Source of the DNA: Auanema rhodensis | Lineage: Eukaryota > Animalia > Nematoda | DNA: 64,000 bases | Assembly (NCBI GenBank): GCA_964057225.1 | Contig: OZ059895.1 | Location: 20,646,001 to 20,710,000 of the forward strand | Reading direction: 5' to 3' | Part shown: piece after piece, positions 26,501 to 40,500 of the stretch | Position numbering within the stretch: position 1 is the stretch's first letter | Layout: each line of letters opens with the position of its first letter | Position numbers and translations under genes: made by a program | The notes under the pieces: generated by a model | What the model was told of the DNA's origin: nothing | The model's input: the letters and a program-made list of their open reading frames with translations, nothing else | The model's database searches: none

Positions 26501-26662
26501 GTCCATCGTCTTTGCCTTGAAAAAAGGAATCTAAAAACATCTACTTTTTGCTAAATTATTTTGAAATTTTTCGAAAAAATTTTTGTCAAAATGTTTTTGG
26601 AAGCAATGTTGAGTGTACATGGAAACTCCACATACACTAACGCATCATTTTTCAAACGATCA
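23505..26662. repeat. Pentamer-period duplication (~1754 bp; four monomers matched)
   Basis: The private pair GATAACAAC + ACTCCAC occurs at 24674 and 26428, each preceded by the same three monomer types. Confidence 0.85.
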
Positions 26663-28066
26663 TAACTAATTTTTGTATTAAGCGTTTCTCAATGTAGTAT
26701 AGTGCATTCGATGCGGATTTTTAAGCTGCGTCGATCTGTGTTATCAGATTTGCGCTAGCTTAAAAATGCACCGAGATATCAACTGATATAAGTTCACACT
26801 TACATCCTCGATTTTCACCCTGAAGAATTAATTTTTTCGTTGAATAATATTGTCCATCGTCTTTGCCTTGAAAGAAAGAATCTGAAAACATCTACTTTTT
26901 GCTAAATTATTTTGAAATTTTTCGAAAAAATTTTTGTCAAAATGTTTTTGGAAGCAATGTTGAGTGTACATGGAAACTCAACATACACTAATGCATCATT
27001 TTTCAAACGATCATAACTAATTTTTGTATTGAGCGTTTCTCAATGTGGTATAGTGCATTCGATGCGGATTTTTAAGCTGCGTCGATCTGTGTTATCAGAT
27101 TTGCGCTAGCTTAAAAATGCACCGAGATATCAACTGATATATGTTCACACTTATATCCTCGATTTTCACCCTGGAGAAATTATTTTTTCGTTGAATAACA
27201 TTGTCCATCGTCTTTGCCTTGAAAAAAGGAATCTAAAAACATCTACTTCTTGCTAAATTATTTTGAAATTTTTCGAAAAAATTTTTGTCAAAATGTTTTT
27301 GGAAGCAATGTTGAGTGTACATGGAAACTCAACATACACTAATGCATCATTTTTCAAACGATCATAACTAATTTTTGTATTAAGCGTTTCTCAATGTAGT
27401 ATAGTGCATTCGATGCGGATTTTTAAGCTACATCGATCTGTGTTATCAGATTTGCGCTAGCTTAAAAATGCACCGAGATATCAACTGATATAAGTTCACA
27501 CTTATATCCTCGATTTTCACCCTGAAGAATTAATTTTTTCGTTGAATAACATTGTCCATCGTCTTTGCCTTGAAAAAAAAAATCTGAAAACATCTACTTT
27601 TTGCTAAATTATTTTGAAATTTTTCGAAAAAATTTTTGTCAAAATGTTTTTGGAAGCAATGTTGAGTGTACATGGAAACTCAACATACACTAATGCATCA
27701 TTTTTCAAACGATCATAACTAAATTTTGTATTAAGCGTTTCTCAATGTAGTATTGTGCAATTGATGCGGATTTTTAAGCTGCGTCGATCTGTGTTATCAG
27801 ATTTGCGCTAGCTTAAAAATGCACCGAGATATCAACTGATATATGTTCACACTTATATCCTCGATTTTCACCCTGAAGAAATTATTTTTTCGTTGAATAA
27901 CATTGTCCATCGTCTTTGCCTTGAAAAAAGGAATCTAAAAACATCTACTTCTTGCTAAATTATTTTGAAATTTTTCGAAAAAATTTTTGTCAAAATGTTT
28001 TTGGAAGCAATGTTGAGTGTACATGGAAACTCAACATACACTAATGCATCATTTTTCAAACGATCA

Positions 28067-30170
28067 TAACTAATTTTTGTATTGAGCGTTTCTCATTGTA
28101 GTTTAGTGCATTCGATGCGGATTTTTAAGCTGCGTCGATCTGTGTTTTCAGATTTGCGCTAGCTTAAAAATGCACCGAGATATCAACTGATATAAGTTCA
28201 CACTTATATCCTCGATTTTCACCCTGAAGAATTAATTTTTTCGTTGAATAACATTGTCCATCGTCTTTGCCTTGGAAAAAGGAATCTAAAAACATCTACT
28301 TTTTGCTAAATTATTTTGAAATTTTTCGAAAAAATTTTTGTCAAAATGTTTTTGGAAGCAATGTTGAGTGTACATGGAAACTCAACATACACTAATGCAT
28401 CATTTTTCAAACGATCATAACTAATTTTTGTATTAAGCGTTTCTCAATGTAGTATAGTGCATTCGATGCGGATTTTTAAGCTGCGTCGATCTGTGTTATC
28501 AGATTTGCGCTAGCTTAAAAATGCACCGAGATATCAACTGATATAAGTTCACACATATCCTCGATTTTCACCCTGAAGAATTAATTTTTTCGTTGAATAA
28601 CATTGTCCATCGTCTTTGCCTTGAAAAAAGAAATCTAAAAACATCTACTTTTTGCTAAATTATTTTGAAATTTTTCGAAAAAATTTTTGTCAAAATGTTT
28701 TTGGAAGCAATGTTGAGTGTACATGGAAACTCAACATACACTAATGCATCATTTTTCAAACAATCATAACTAATTTTTGTATTGAGCGTTTCTCATTGTA
28801 GTATAGTGCATTCGATGCGGATTTTTAAGCTGCGTCGATCTGTGTTATCAGATTTGCGCTAGCTTAAAAATGCACCGAGATATCAACTGATATAAGTTCA
28901 CACTTATATCCTCGATTTTCACCCTGAAGAATTAATTTTTTCGTTGAATAACATTGTCCATCGTCTTTGCCTTGGAAAAAGGAATCTAAAAACATCTACT
29001 TTTTGCTAAATTATTTTGAAATTTTTCGAAAAAATTTTTGTCAAAATGTTTTTGGAAGCAATGTTGAGTGTACATGGAAACTCAACATACACTAATGCAT
29101 CATTTTTCAAACGATCATAACTAATTTTTGTATTGAGCGTTTCTCATTGTAGTATAGTGCATTCGATGCGGATTTTTAAGCTGCGTCGATCTGTGTTATC
29201 AGATTTGCGCTAGCTTAAAAATGCACCGAGATATCAACTGATATAAGTTCACACTTATATCCTCGATTTTCACCCTGAAGAATTAATTTTTTCGTTGAAT
29301 AACATTGTCCATCGTCTTTGCCTTGAAAAAAGAAATCTAAAAACATCTACTTTTTGCTAAATTATTTTGAAATTTTTCGAAAAAATTTTTGTCAAAATGT
29401 TTTTGGAAGCAATGTTGAGTGTACATGGAAACTCAACATACACTAATGCATCATTTTTCAAACGATCATAACTAATTTTTGTATTGAGCGTTTCTCATTG
29501 TAGTATAGTGCATTCGATGCGGATTTTTAAGCTGCGTCGATCTGTGTTATCAGATTTGCGCTAGCTTAAAAATGCACCGAGATATCAACTGATATAAGTT
29601 CACACTTATATCCTCGATTTTCACCCTGAAGAATTAATTTTTTCGTTGAATAACATTGTCCATCGTCTTTGCCTTGGAAAAAGGAATCTAAAAACATCTA
29701 CTTTTTGCTAAATTATTTTGAAATTTTTCGAAAAAATTTTTGTCAAAATGTTTTTGGAAGCAATGTTGAGTGTACATGGAAACTCAACATACACTAATGC
29801 ATCATTTTTCAAACGATCATAACTAATTTTTGTATTGAGCGTTTCTCATTGTAGTATAGTGCATTCGATGCGGATTTTTAAGCTGCGTCGATCTGTGTTA
29901 TCAGATTTGCGCTAGCTTAAAAATGCACCGAGATATCAACTGATATAAGTTCACACTTATATCCTCGATTTTCACCCTGAAGAATTAATTTTTTCGTTGA
30001 ATAACATTGTCCATCGTCTTTGCCTTGAAAAAAGAAATCTAAAAACATCTACTTTTTGCTAAATTATTTTGAAATTTTTCGAAAAAATTTTTGTCAAAAT
30101 GTTTTTGGAAGCAATGTTGAGTGTACATGGAAACTCAACATACACTAATGCATCATTTTTCAAACGATCA
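28067..30170. repeat. Dimer higher-order repeat (~702 bp x3)
   Basis: CTTGGAAAAAGG monomers (28067, 28767, 29469) alternate with GAAAAAAGAAATCTA monomers (28418, 29118, 29820). Confidence 0.8.
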
Positions 30171-33100
30171 TAACTAAATTTTGTATTAAGCGTTTCTCAA
30201 TGTAGTATTGTGCAATTGATGCGGATTTTTAAGCTGCGTCGATCTGTGTTATCAGATTTGCGCTAGCTTAAAAATGCACCGAGATATCAACTGATATATG
30301 TTCACACTTATATCCTCGATTTTCACCCTGAAGAAATTATTTTTTCGTTGAATAACATTGTCCATCGTCTTTGCCTTGAAAAAAGGAATCTAAAAACATC
30401 TACTTCTTGCTAAATTATTTTGAAATTTTTCGAAAAAATTTTTGTCAAAATGTTTTTGGAAGCAATGTTGAGTGTACATGGAAACTCAACATACACTAAT
30501 GCATCATTTTTCAAACGATCATAACTAATTTTTGTATTAAGCGTTTCTCAATGTAGTATAGTGCATTCGATGCGGATTTTTAAGCTACATCGATCTGTGT
30601 TATCAGATTTGCGCAAGCTTAAAAATGCACCGAGATATCAACTGATATAAGTTCACACTTATATCCTCGATTTTCACCCTGAAGAATTAATTTTTTCGTT
30701 GAATAACATTGTCCATCGTCTTTGCCTTGAAAAAAAAAATCTGAAAACATCTACTTTTTGCTAAATTATTTTGAAATTTTTCGAAAAAATTTTTGTCAAA
30801 ATGTTTTTGGAAGCAATGTTGAGTGTACATGGAAACTCAACATACACTAATGCATCATTTTTCAAACGATCATAACTAATTTTTGTATTAAGCGTTTCTC
30901 AATGTAGTATAGTGCATTCGATGCGGATTTTTAAGCTGCGTCGATCTGTGTTATCAGATTTGCGCTAGCTTAAAAATGCACCGAGATATCAACTGATATA
31001 AGTTCACACTTATATCCTCGATTTTCACCCTGAAGAATTAATTTTTTCGTTGAATAACAATGTCCATCGTCTTTGCCTTGAAAAAAGGAATCTAAAAACA
31101 TCTACTTTTTGCTAAATTATTCTGAAATTTTTCGAAAAAATTTTTGTCAAAATGTTTTTGGAAGCAATGTTGAGTGTACAAGGAAACTCAACATACACTA
31201 ATGCATCATTTTTCAAACGATCATAACTAATTTTTGTATTAAGCGTTTCTCAATGTAGTATAGTGCATTCGATGCGGATTTTTAAGCTGCGTCGATCTGT
31301 GTTATCAGATTTGCGCCAGCTTAAAAATGCACCGAGATATCAACTGATATATGTTCACACTTATATCCTCGATTTTCACCCTGAAGAAATTATTTTTTCG
31401 TTGAATAACATTGTCCATCGTCTTTGCCTTGAAAAAAGGAATCTAAAAACATCTACTTCTTGCTAAATTATTTTCAAATTTTTCGAAAAAATTTTTGTCA
31501 AAATGTTTTTGGAAGCAATGTTGAGTGTACATGGAAACTCAACATACACTAATGCATCATTTTTCAAACGATCATAACTAATTTTTGTATTAAGCGTTTC
31601 TCAATGTAGTATAGTGCATTCGATGCGGATTTTTAAGCTACATCGATCTGTGTTATCAGATTTGCGCTAGCTTAAAAATGCACCGAGATATCAACTGATA
31701 TATGTTCACACTTATATCCTCGATTTTCACCCTGAAGAATTAATTTTTTCGTTGAATAACATTGTCCATCGTCTTTGCCTTGAAAAAAGGAATCTAAAAA
31801 CATCTACTTTTTGCTAAATTATTCTGAAATTTTTCGAAAAAATTTTTGTCAAAATGTTTTTGGAAGCAATGTTGAGTGTACATGGAAACTCAACATACAC
31901 TAATGCATCATTTTTCAAACGATCATAACTAATTTTTGTATTAAGCGTTTCTCAATGTAGTATAGTGCATTCGATGCGGATTTTTAAGCTGCGTCGATCT
32001 GTGTTATCAGATTTGCGCTAGCTTAAAAATGCACCGAGATATCAACTGATATATGTTCACACTTATATCCTCGATTTTCACCCTGAAGAAATTATTTTTT
32101 CGTTGAATAACATTGTCCATCGTCTTTGCCTTGAAAAAAGGAATCTAAAAACATCTACTTCTTGCTAAATTATTTTGAAATTTTTCGAAAAAATTTTTGT
32201 CAAAATGTTTTTGGAAGCAATGTTGAGTGTACATGGAAACTCAACATACACTAATGCATCATTTTTCAAACGATCATAACTAATTTTTGTATTAAGCGTT
32301 TCTCAATGTAGTATAGTGCATTCGATGCGGATTTTTAAGCTACATCGATCTGTGTTATCAGATTTGCGCTAGCTTAAAAATGCACCGAGATATCAACTGA
32401 TATAAGTTCACACTTATATCCTCGATTTTCACCCTGAAGAATTAATTTTTTCGTTGAATAACATTGTCCATCGTCTTTGCCTTGAAAAAAAAAATCTGAA
32501 AACATCTACTTTTTGCTAAATTATTTTGAAATTTTTCGAAAAAATTTTTGTCAAAATGTTTTTGGAAGCAATGTTGAGTGTACATGGAAACTCAACATAC
32601 ACTAATGCATCATTTTTCAAACGATCATAACTAATTTTTGTATTAAGCGTTTCTCAATGTAGTATAGTGCATTCGATGCGGATTTTTAAGCTGCGTCGAT
32701 CTGTGTTATCAGATTTGCGCTAGCTTAAAAATGCACCGAGATATCAACTGATATAAGTTCACACTTATATCCTCGATTTTCACCCTGAAGAATTAATTTT
32801 TTCGTTGAATAACAATGTCCATCGTCTTCGCCTTGAAAAAAGGAATCTAAAAACATCTACTTTTTGCTAAATTATTTTGAAATTTTTCGAAAAAATTTTT
32901 GTCAAAATGTTTTTGGAAGCAATGTTGAGTGTACATGGAAACTCAACATACACTAATGCATCATTTTTCGAACGATCATAACTAATTTTTGTATTAAGCG
33001 TTTCTCAATGTAGTATAGTGCATTCGATGCGGATTTTTAAGCTGCGTCGATCTGTGTTATCAGATTTGCGCTAGCTTAAAAATGCACCGAGATATCAACT

Positions 33101-33329
33101 GATATAAGTTCACACTTATATCCTCGATTTTCACCCTGAAGAATTAATTTTTTCGTTGAATAACATTGTCCATCGTCTTCGCCTTGAAAAAAGGAATCTA
33201 AAAACATCTACTTTTTGCTAAATTATTTTGAAATTTTTCGAAAAAATTTTTGTCAAAATGTTTTTGGAAGCAATGTTGAGTGTACATGGAAACTCAACAT
33301 ACACTAATGCATCATTTTTCAAACGATCA

Positions 33330-36300
33330 TAACTAATTTTTGTATTAAGCGTTTCTCAATGTAGTATAGTGCATTCGATGCGGATTTTTAAGCTGCGTCG
33401 ATCTGTGTTATCAGATTTGCGCTAGCTTAAAAATGCACCGAGATATCAACTGATATAAGTTCACACTTATATCCTCGATTTTCACCCTGAAGAATTAATT
33501 TTTTCGTTGAATAACATTGTCCATCGTCTTTGCCTTGAAAAAAAAAAATCTGAAAACATCTACTTTTTGCTAAATTATTTTGAAATTTTTCGAAAAAATT
33601 TTTGTGAAAATGTTTTTGGAAGCAATGTTGAGTGTACATGGAAACTCAACATACACTAATGCATCATTTTTCAAACGATCATAACTAATTTTTGTATTAA
33701 GCGTTTCTCAATGTAGTATAGTGCATTCGATGCGGATTTTTAAGCTGCGTCGATCTGTGTTATCAGATTTGCGCTAGCTTAAAAATGCACCGAGATATCA
33801 ACTGATATAAGTTCACACTTATATCCTCGATTTTCACCCTGAAGAATTAATTTTTTCGTTGAATAACAATGTCCATCGTCTTTGCCTTGAAAAAAGAAAT
33901 CTAAAAACATCTACTTTTTGCTAAATTATTCTGAAATTTTTCGAAAAAATTTTTGTCAAAATGTTTTTGGAAGCAATGTTGAGTGTACATGGAAACTCAA
34001 CATACACTAATGCATCATTTTTCAAACGATCATAACTAATTTTTGTATTAAGCGTTTCTCAATGTAGTATAGTGCATTCGATGCGGATTTTTAAGCTGCG
34101 TCGATCTGTGTTATCAGATTTGCGCTAGCTTAAAAATGCACCGAGATATCAACTGATATAAGTTCACACTTATATCCTCGATTTTCACCCTGAAGAATTA
34201 ATTTTTTCGTTGAATAACATTGTCCATCGTCTTTGCCTTGAAAAAAAAAATCTGAAAACATCTACTTTTTGCTAAATTATTTTGAAATTTTTCGAAAAAA
34301 TTTCTGTCAAAATGTTTTTGGAAGCAATGTTGAGTGTACATGGAAACTCAACATACACTAATGCATCATTTTTCAAACGATCATAACTAATTTTTGTATT
34401 AAGCGTTTCTCAATGTAGTATAGTGCATTCGATGCGGATTTTTAAGCTGCGTCGATCTGTGTTATCAGATTTGCGCTAGCTTAAAAATACACCGAGATAT
34501 CAACTGATATAAGTTCACACTTATATCCTCGATTTTCACCCTGAAGAATTAATTTTTTCGTTGAATAACAATGTCCATCGTCTTTGCCTTGAAAAAAGGA
34601 ATCTAAAAACATCTACTTTTTGCTAAATTATTCTGAAATTTTTCGAAAAAATTTTTGTCAAAATGTTTTTGGAAGCAATGTTGAGTGTACATGGAAACTC
34701 AACATACACTAATGCATCATTTTTCAAACGATCATAACTAATTTTTGTATTAAGCGTTTCTCAATGTAGTATAGTGCATTCGATGCGGATTTTTAAGCTG
34801 CGTCGATCTGTGTTATCAGATTTGCGCTAGCTTAAAAATGCACCGAGATATCAACTGATATAAGTTCACACTTATATCCTCGATTTTCACCCTGAAGAAT
34901 TAATTTTTTCGTTGAATAACATTGTCCATCGTCTTTGCCTTGAAAAAAAAAATCTGAAAACATCTACTTTTTGCTAAATTATTTTGAAATTTTTCGAAAA
35001 AATTTTTGTCAAAATGTTTTTGGAAGCAATGTTGAGTGTACATGGAAACTCAACATACACTAATGCATCATTTTTCGAACGATCATAACTAATTTTTGTA
35101 TTAAGCGTTTCTCAATGTAGTATAGTGCATTCGATGCGGATTTTTAAGCTGCGTCGATCTGTGTTATCAGATTTGCGCTAGCTTAAAAATGCACCGAGAT
35201 ATCAACTGATATAAGTTCACACTTATATCCTCGATTTTCACCCTGAAGAATTAATTTTTTCGTTGAATAACATCGTCCATCGTCTTCGCCTTGAAAAAAG
35301 GAATCTAAAAACATCTACTTTTTGCTAAATTATTTTGAAATTTTTCGAAAAAATTTTTGTCAAAATGTTTTTGGAAGCAATGTTGAGTGTACATGGAAAC
35401 TCAACATACACTAATGCATCATTTTTCAAACGATCATAACTAATTTTTGTATTAAGCGTTTCTCAATGTAGTATAGTGCATTCGATGCGGATTTTTAAGC
35501 TGCGTCGATCTGTGTTATCAGATTTGCGCTAGCTTAAAAATGCACCGAGATATCAACTGATATAAGTTCACACTTATATCCTCGATTTTCACCCTGAAGA
35601 ATTAATTTTTTCGTTGAATAACAATGTCCATCGTCTTTGCCTTGAAAAAAAAAAATCTGAAAACATCTACTTTTCGCTAAATTATTTTGAAATTTTTCGA
35701 AAAAATTTTTGTGAAAATGTTTTTGGAAGCAATGTTGAGTGTACATGGAAACTCAACATACACTAATGCATCATTTTTCAAACGATCATAACTAATTTTT
35801 GTATTAAGCGTTTCTCAATGTAGTATAGTGCATTCGATGCGGATTTTTAAGCTGCGTCGATCTGTGTTATCAGATTTGCGCTAGCTTAAAAATGCACCGA
35901 GATATCAACTGATATAAGTTCACACTTATATCCTCGATTTTCACCCTGAAGAATTAATTTTTTCGTTGAATAACAATGTCCATCGTCTTTGCCTTGAAAA
36001 AAGGAATCTAAAAACATCTACTTTTTGCTAAATTATTCTGAAATTTTTCGAAAAAATTTTTGTCAAAATGTTTTTGGAAGCAATGTTGAGTGTACATGGA
36101 AACTCAACATACACTAATGCATCATTTTTCAAACGATCATAACTAATTTTTGTATTAAGCGTTTCTCAATGTAGTATAGTGCATTCGATGCGGATTTTTA
36201 AGCTGCGTCGATCTGTGTTATCAGATTTGCGCTAGCTTAAAAATGCACCGAGATATCAACTGATATAAGTTCACACTTATATCCTCGATTTTCACCCTGA

Positions 36301-37543
36301 AGAATTAATTTTTTCGTTGAATAACATTGTCCATCGTCTTTGCCTTGAAAAAAAAAATCTGAAAACATCTACTTTTTGCTAAATTATTTTGAAATTTTTC
36401 GAAAAAATTTCTGTCAAAATGTTTTTGGAAGCAATGTTGAGTGTACATGGAAACTCAACATACACTAATGCATCATTTTTCAAACGATCATAACTAATTT
36501 TTGTATTAAGCGTTTCTCAATGTAGTATAGTGCATTCGATGCGGATTTTTAAGCTGCGTCGATCTGTGTTATCAGATTTGCGCTAGCTTAAAAATACACC
36601 GAGATATCAACTGATATAAGTTCACACTTATATCCTCGATTTTCACCCTGAAGAATTAATTTTTTCGTTGAATAACAATGTCCATCGTCTTTGCCTTGAA
36701 AAAAGGAATCTAAAAACATCTACTTTTTGCTAAATTATTCTGAAATTTTTCGAAAAAATTTTTGTCAAAATGTTTTTGGAAGCAATGTTGAGTGTACATG
36801 GAAACTCAACATACACTAATGCATCATTTTTCAAACGATCATAACTAATTTTTGTATTAAGCGTTTCTCAATGTAGTATAGTGCATTCGATGCGGATTTT
36901 TAAGCTGCGTCGATCTGTGTTATCAGATTTGCGCTAGCTTAAAAATGCACCGAGATATCAACTGATATAAGTTCACACTTATATCCTCGATTTTCACCCT
37001 GAAGAATTAATTTTTTCGTTGAATAACATTGTCCATCGTCTTTGCCTTGAAAAAAAAAATCTGAAAACATCTACTTTTTGCTAAATTATTTTGAAATTTT
37101 TCGAAAAAATTTTTGTCAAAATGTTTTTGGAAGCAATGTTGAGTGTACATGGAAACTCAACATACACTAATGCATCATTTTTCGAACGATCATAACTAAT
37201 TTTTGTATTAAGCGTTTCTCAATGTAGTATAGTGCATTCGATGCGGATTTTTAAGCTGCGTCGATCTGTGTTATCAGATTTGCGCTAGCTTAAAAATGCA
37301 CCGAGATATCAACTGATATAAGTTCACACTTATATCCTCGATTTTCACCCTGAAGAATTAATTTTTTCGTTGAATAACATCGTCCATCGTCTTCGCCTTG
37401 AAAAAAGGAATCTAAAAACATCTACTTTTTGCTAAATTATTTTGAAATTTTTCGAAAAAATTTTTGTCAAAATGTTTTTGGAAGCAATGTTGAGTGTACA
37501 TGGAAACTCAACATACACTAATGCATCATTTTTCAAACGATCA
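33330..37543. repeat. Hexamer higher-order repeat (2107 bp x2)
   Basis: A 352-bp monomer with an A11 tract and TGTGAAAA starts at 33330 and 35437. The TTTCTGTC, AAAATACACC and CATCGTC markers repeat at the same 2107-bp offset, which is also the offset between the ORFs at 33427 and 35534. Confidence 0.92.
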
Positions 37544-40500
37544 TAACTAATTTTTGTATTAAGCGTTTCTCAATGTAGTATAGTGCATTCGATGCGGATT
37601 TTTAAGCTGCGTCGATCTGTGTTATCAGATTTGCGCTAGCTTAAAAATGCACCGAGATATCAACTGATATAAGTTCACACTTATATCCTCGATTTTCACC
37701 CTGAAGAATTAATTTTTTCGTTGAATAACAATGTCCATCGTCTTCGCCTTGAAAAACGGAATCTAAAAACATCTACTTTTCGCTAAATTATTTTGAAATT
37801 TTTCGAAAAAATTTTTGTCAAAATGTTTTTGGAAGCAATGTTGAGTGTACATGGAAACTCAACATACACTAATGCATCATTTTTCAAACGATCATAACTA
37901 ATTTTTGTATTAAGCGTTTCTCAATGTAGTATAGTGAATTCGATGCGGATTTTTAAGCTGCGTCGATCTGTGTTATCAGATTTGCGCTAGCTTAAAAATG
38001 CACCGAGATATCAACTGATATAAGTTCACACTTATATCCTCGATTTTCACCCTGAAGAATTAATTTTTTCGTTGAATAACAATGTCCATCGTCTTCGCCT
38101 TGAAAAAAGGAATCTAAAAACATCTACTTTTTGCTAAATTATTTTGAAATTTTTCGAAAAAATTTTTGTCAAAATGTTTTTGGAAGCAATGTTGAGTGTA
38201 CATGGAAACTCAACATACACTAATGCATCATTTTTCGAACGATCATAACTAATTTTTGTATTAAGCGTTTCTCAATGTAGTATAGTGCATTCGATGCGGA
38301 TTTTTAAGCTGCGTCGATCTGTGTTATCAGATTTGCGCTAGCTTAAAAATGCACCGAGATATCAACTGATATAAGTGCACACTTATATCCTCGATTTTCA
38401 CCCTGAAGAATTAATTTTTTCGTTGAATAACAATGTCCATCGTCTTCGCCTTGAAAAAAGGAATCTAAAAACATCTACTTTTTGCTAAATTATTTTGAAA
38501 TTTTTCGAAAAAATTTTTGTCAAAATGTTTTTGGAAGCAATGTTGAGTGTACATGGAAACTCAACATACACTAATGCATCATTTTTCAAACGATCATAAC
38601 TAATTTTTGTATTAAGCGTTTCTCAATGTAGTATAGTGCATTCGATGCGGATTTTTAAGTTGCGTCGATCTGTGTTATCAGATTTGCGCTAGCTTAAAAA
38701 TGCACCGAGATATCAACTGATATAAGTTTACACATATATCCTCGATTTTCACCCTGAAGAATTAATTTTTTCGTTGAATAACAATGTCCATCGTCTTCGC
38801 CTTGAAAAAAGGAATCTAAAAACATCTACTTTTTGCTAAATTATTTTGAAATTTTTCGAAAAAATTTTTGTCAAAATTTTTTTGGAAGCAATGTTGAGTG
38901 TACATGGAAACTCAACATACACTAATGCATCATTTTTCGAACGATCATAACTAATTTTTGTATTAAGCGTTTCTCAATGTAGTATAGTGCATTCGATGCG
39001 GATTTTTAAGCTGCGTCGATCTGTGTTATCAGATTTGCGCTAGCTTAAAAATGCACCGAGATATCAACTGATATAAGTTCACACTTATATCCTCGATTTT
39101 CACCCTGAAGAATTAATTTTTTCGTTGAATAACATCGTCCATCGTCTTCGCCTTGAAAAAAGGAATCTAAAAACATCTACTTTTTGCTAAATTATTTTGA
39201 AATTTTTCGAAAAAATTTTTGTCAAAATGTTTTTGGAAGCAATGTTGAGTGTACATGGAAACTCAACATACACTAATGCATCATTTTTCAAACGATCATA
39301 ACTAATTTTTGTATTAAGTGTTTCTCAATGTAGTATAGTGCATTCGATGCGGATTTTTAAGCTGCGTCGATCTGTGTTATCAGATTTGCGCTAGCTTAAA
39401 AATGCACCGAGATATCAACTGATATAAGTTCACACTTATATCCTCGATTTTCACCCTGAAGAATTAATTTTTTCGTTGAATAACAATGTCAATCGTCTTC
39501 GCCTTGAAAAAAGGAATCTAAAAACATCTACTTTTTGCTAAATTATTTTGAAATTTTTCGAAAAAATTTTTGTCAAAATGTTTTTGGAAGCAATGTTGAG
39601 TGTACATGAAAACTCAACATACACTAATGCATCATTTTTCAAACGATCATAACTAATTTTTGTATTAAGCGTTTCTCAATGTAGTATAGTGCATTCGATG
39701 CGGATTTTTAAGCTGCGTCGATCTGTGTTATCAGATTTGCGCTAGCTTAAAAATGCACCGAGATATCAACTGATATAAGTTCACACTTATATCCTCGATT
39801 TTCACCCTGAAGAATTAATTTTTTCGTTGAATAACAATGTCCATCGTCTTCGCCTTGAAAAAAGGAATCTAAAAACATCTACTTTTTGCTAAATTATTTT
39901 GAAATTTTTCGAAAAAATTTTTGTCAAAATGTTTTTGGAAGCAATGTTGAGTGTACATGGAAACTCAACATACACTAATGCATCATTTTTCAAACGATCA
40001 TAACTAATTTTTGTATTAAGCGTTTCTCAATGTAGTATAGTGCATTCGATGCGGATTTTTAAGCTGCGTCGATCTGTGTTATCAGATTTGCGCTAGCTTA
40101 AAAATGCACCGAGATATCAACTGATATATGTTTACACTTATATCCTCGATTTTCACCCTGAAGAATTAATTTTTTCGTTGAATAACAATGTCCATCGTCT
40201 TCGCCTTGAAAAAAGGAATCTAAAAACATCTACTTTTTGCTAAATTATTTTGAAATTTTTCGAAAAAATTTTTGTCAAAATTTTTTTGGAAGCAATGTTG
40301 AGTGTACATGGAAACTCAACATACACTAATGCATCATTTTTCGAACGATCATAACTAATTTTTGTATTAAGCGTTTCTCAATGTAGTATAGTGCATTCGA
40401 TGCGGATTTTTAAGCTGCGTCGATCTGTGTTATCAGATTTGCGCTAGCTTAAAAATGCACCGAGATATCAACTGATATAAGTTCACACTTATATCCTCGA

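Noticed and set aside
31263-31466. 67-aa plus-strand ORF
   Set aside because: It has a GTG start and exists only in one monomer where TAG>CAG (GCGCCAGC) and other variants remove stops. This is a chance read-through.
33427-35746. Two 70-aa minus-strand ORFs
   Set aside because: They are created by a 1-bp A-tract insertion and duplicated passively with the 2107-bp hexamer HOR.
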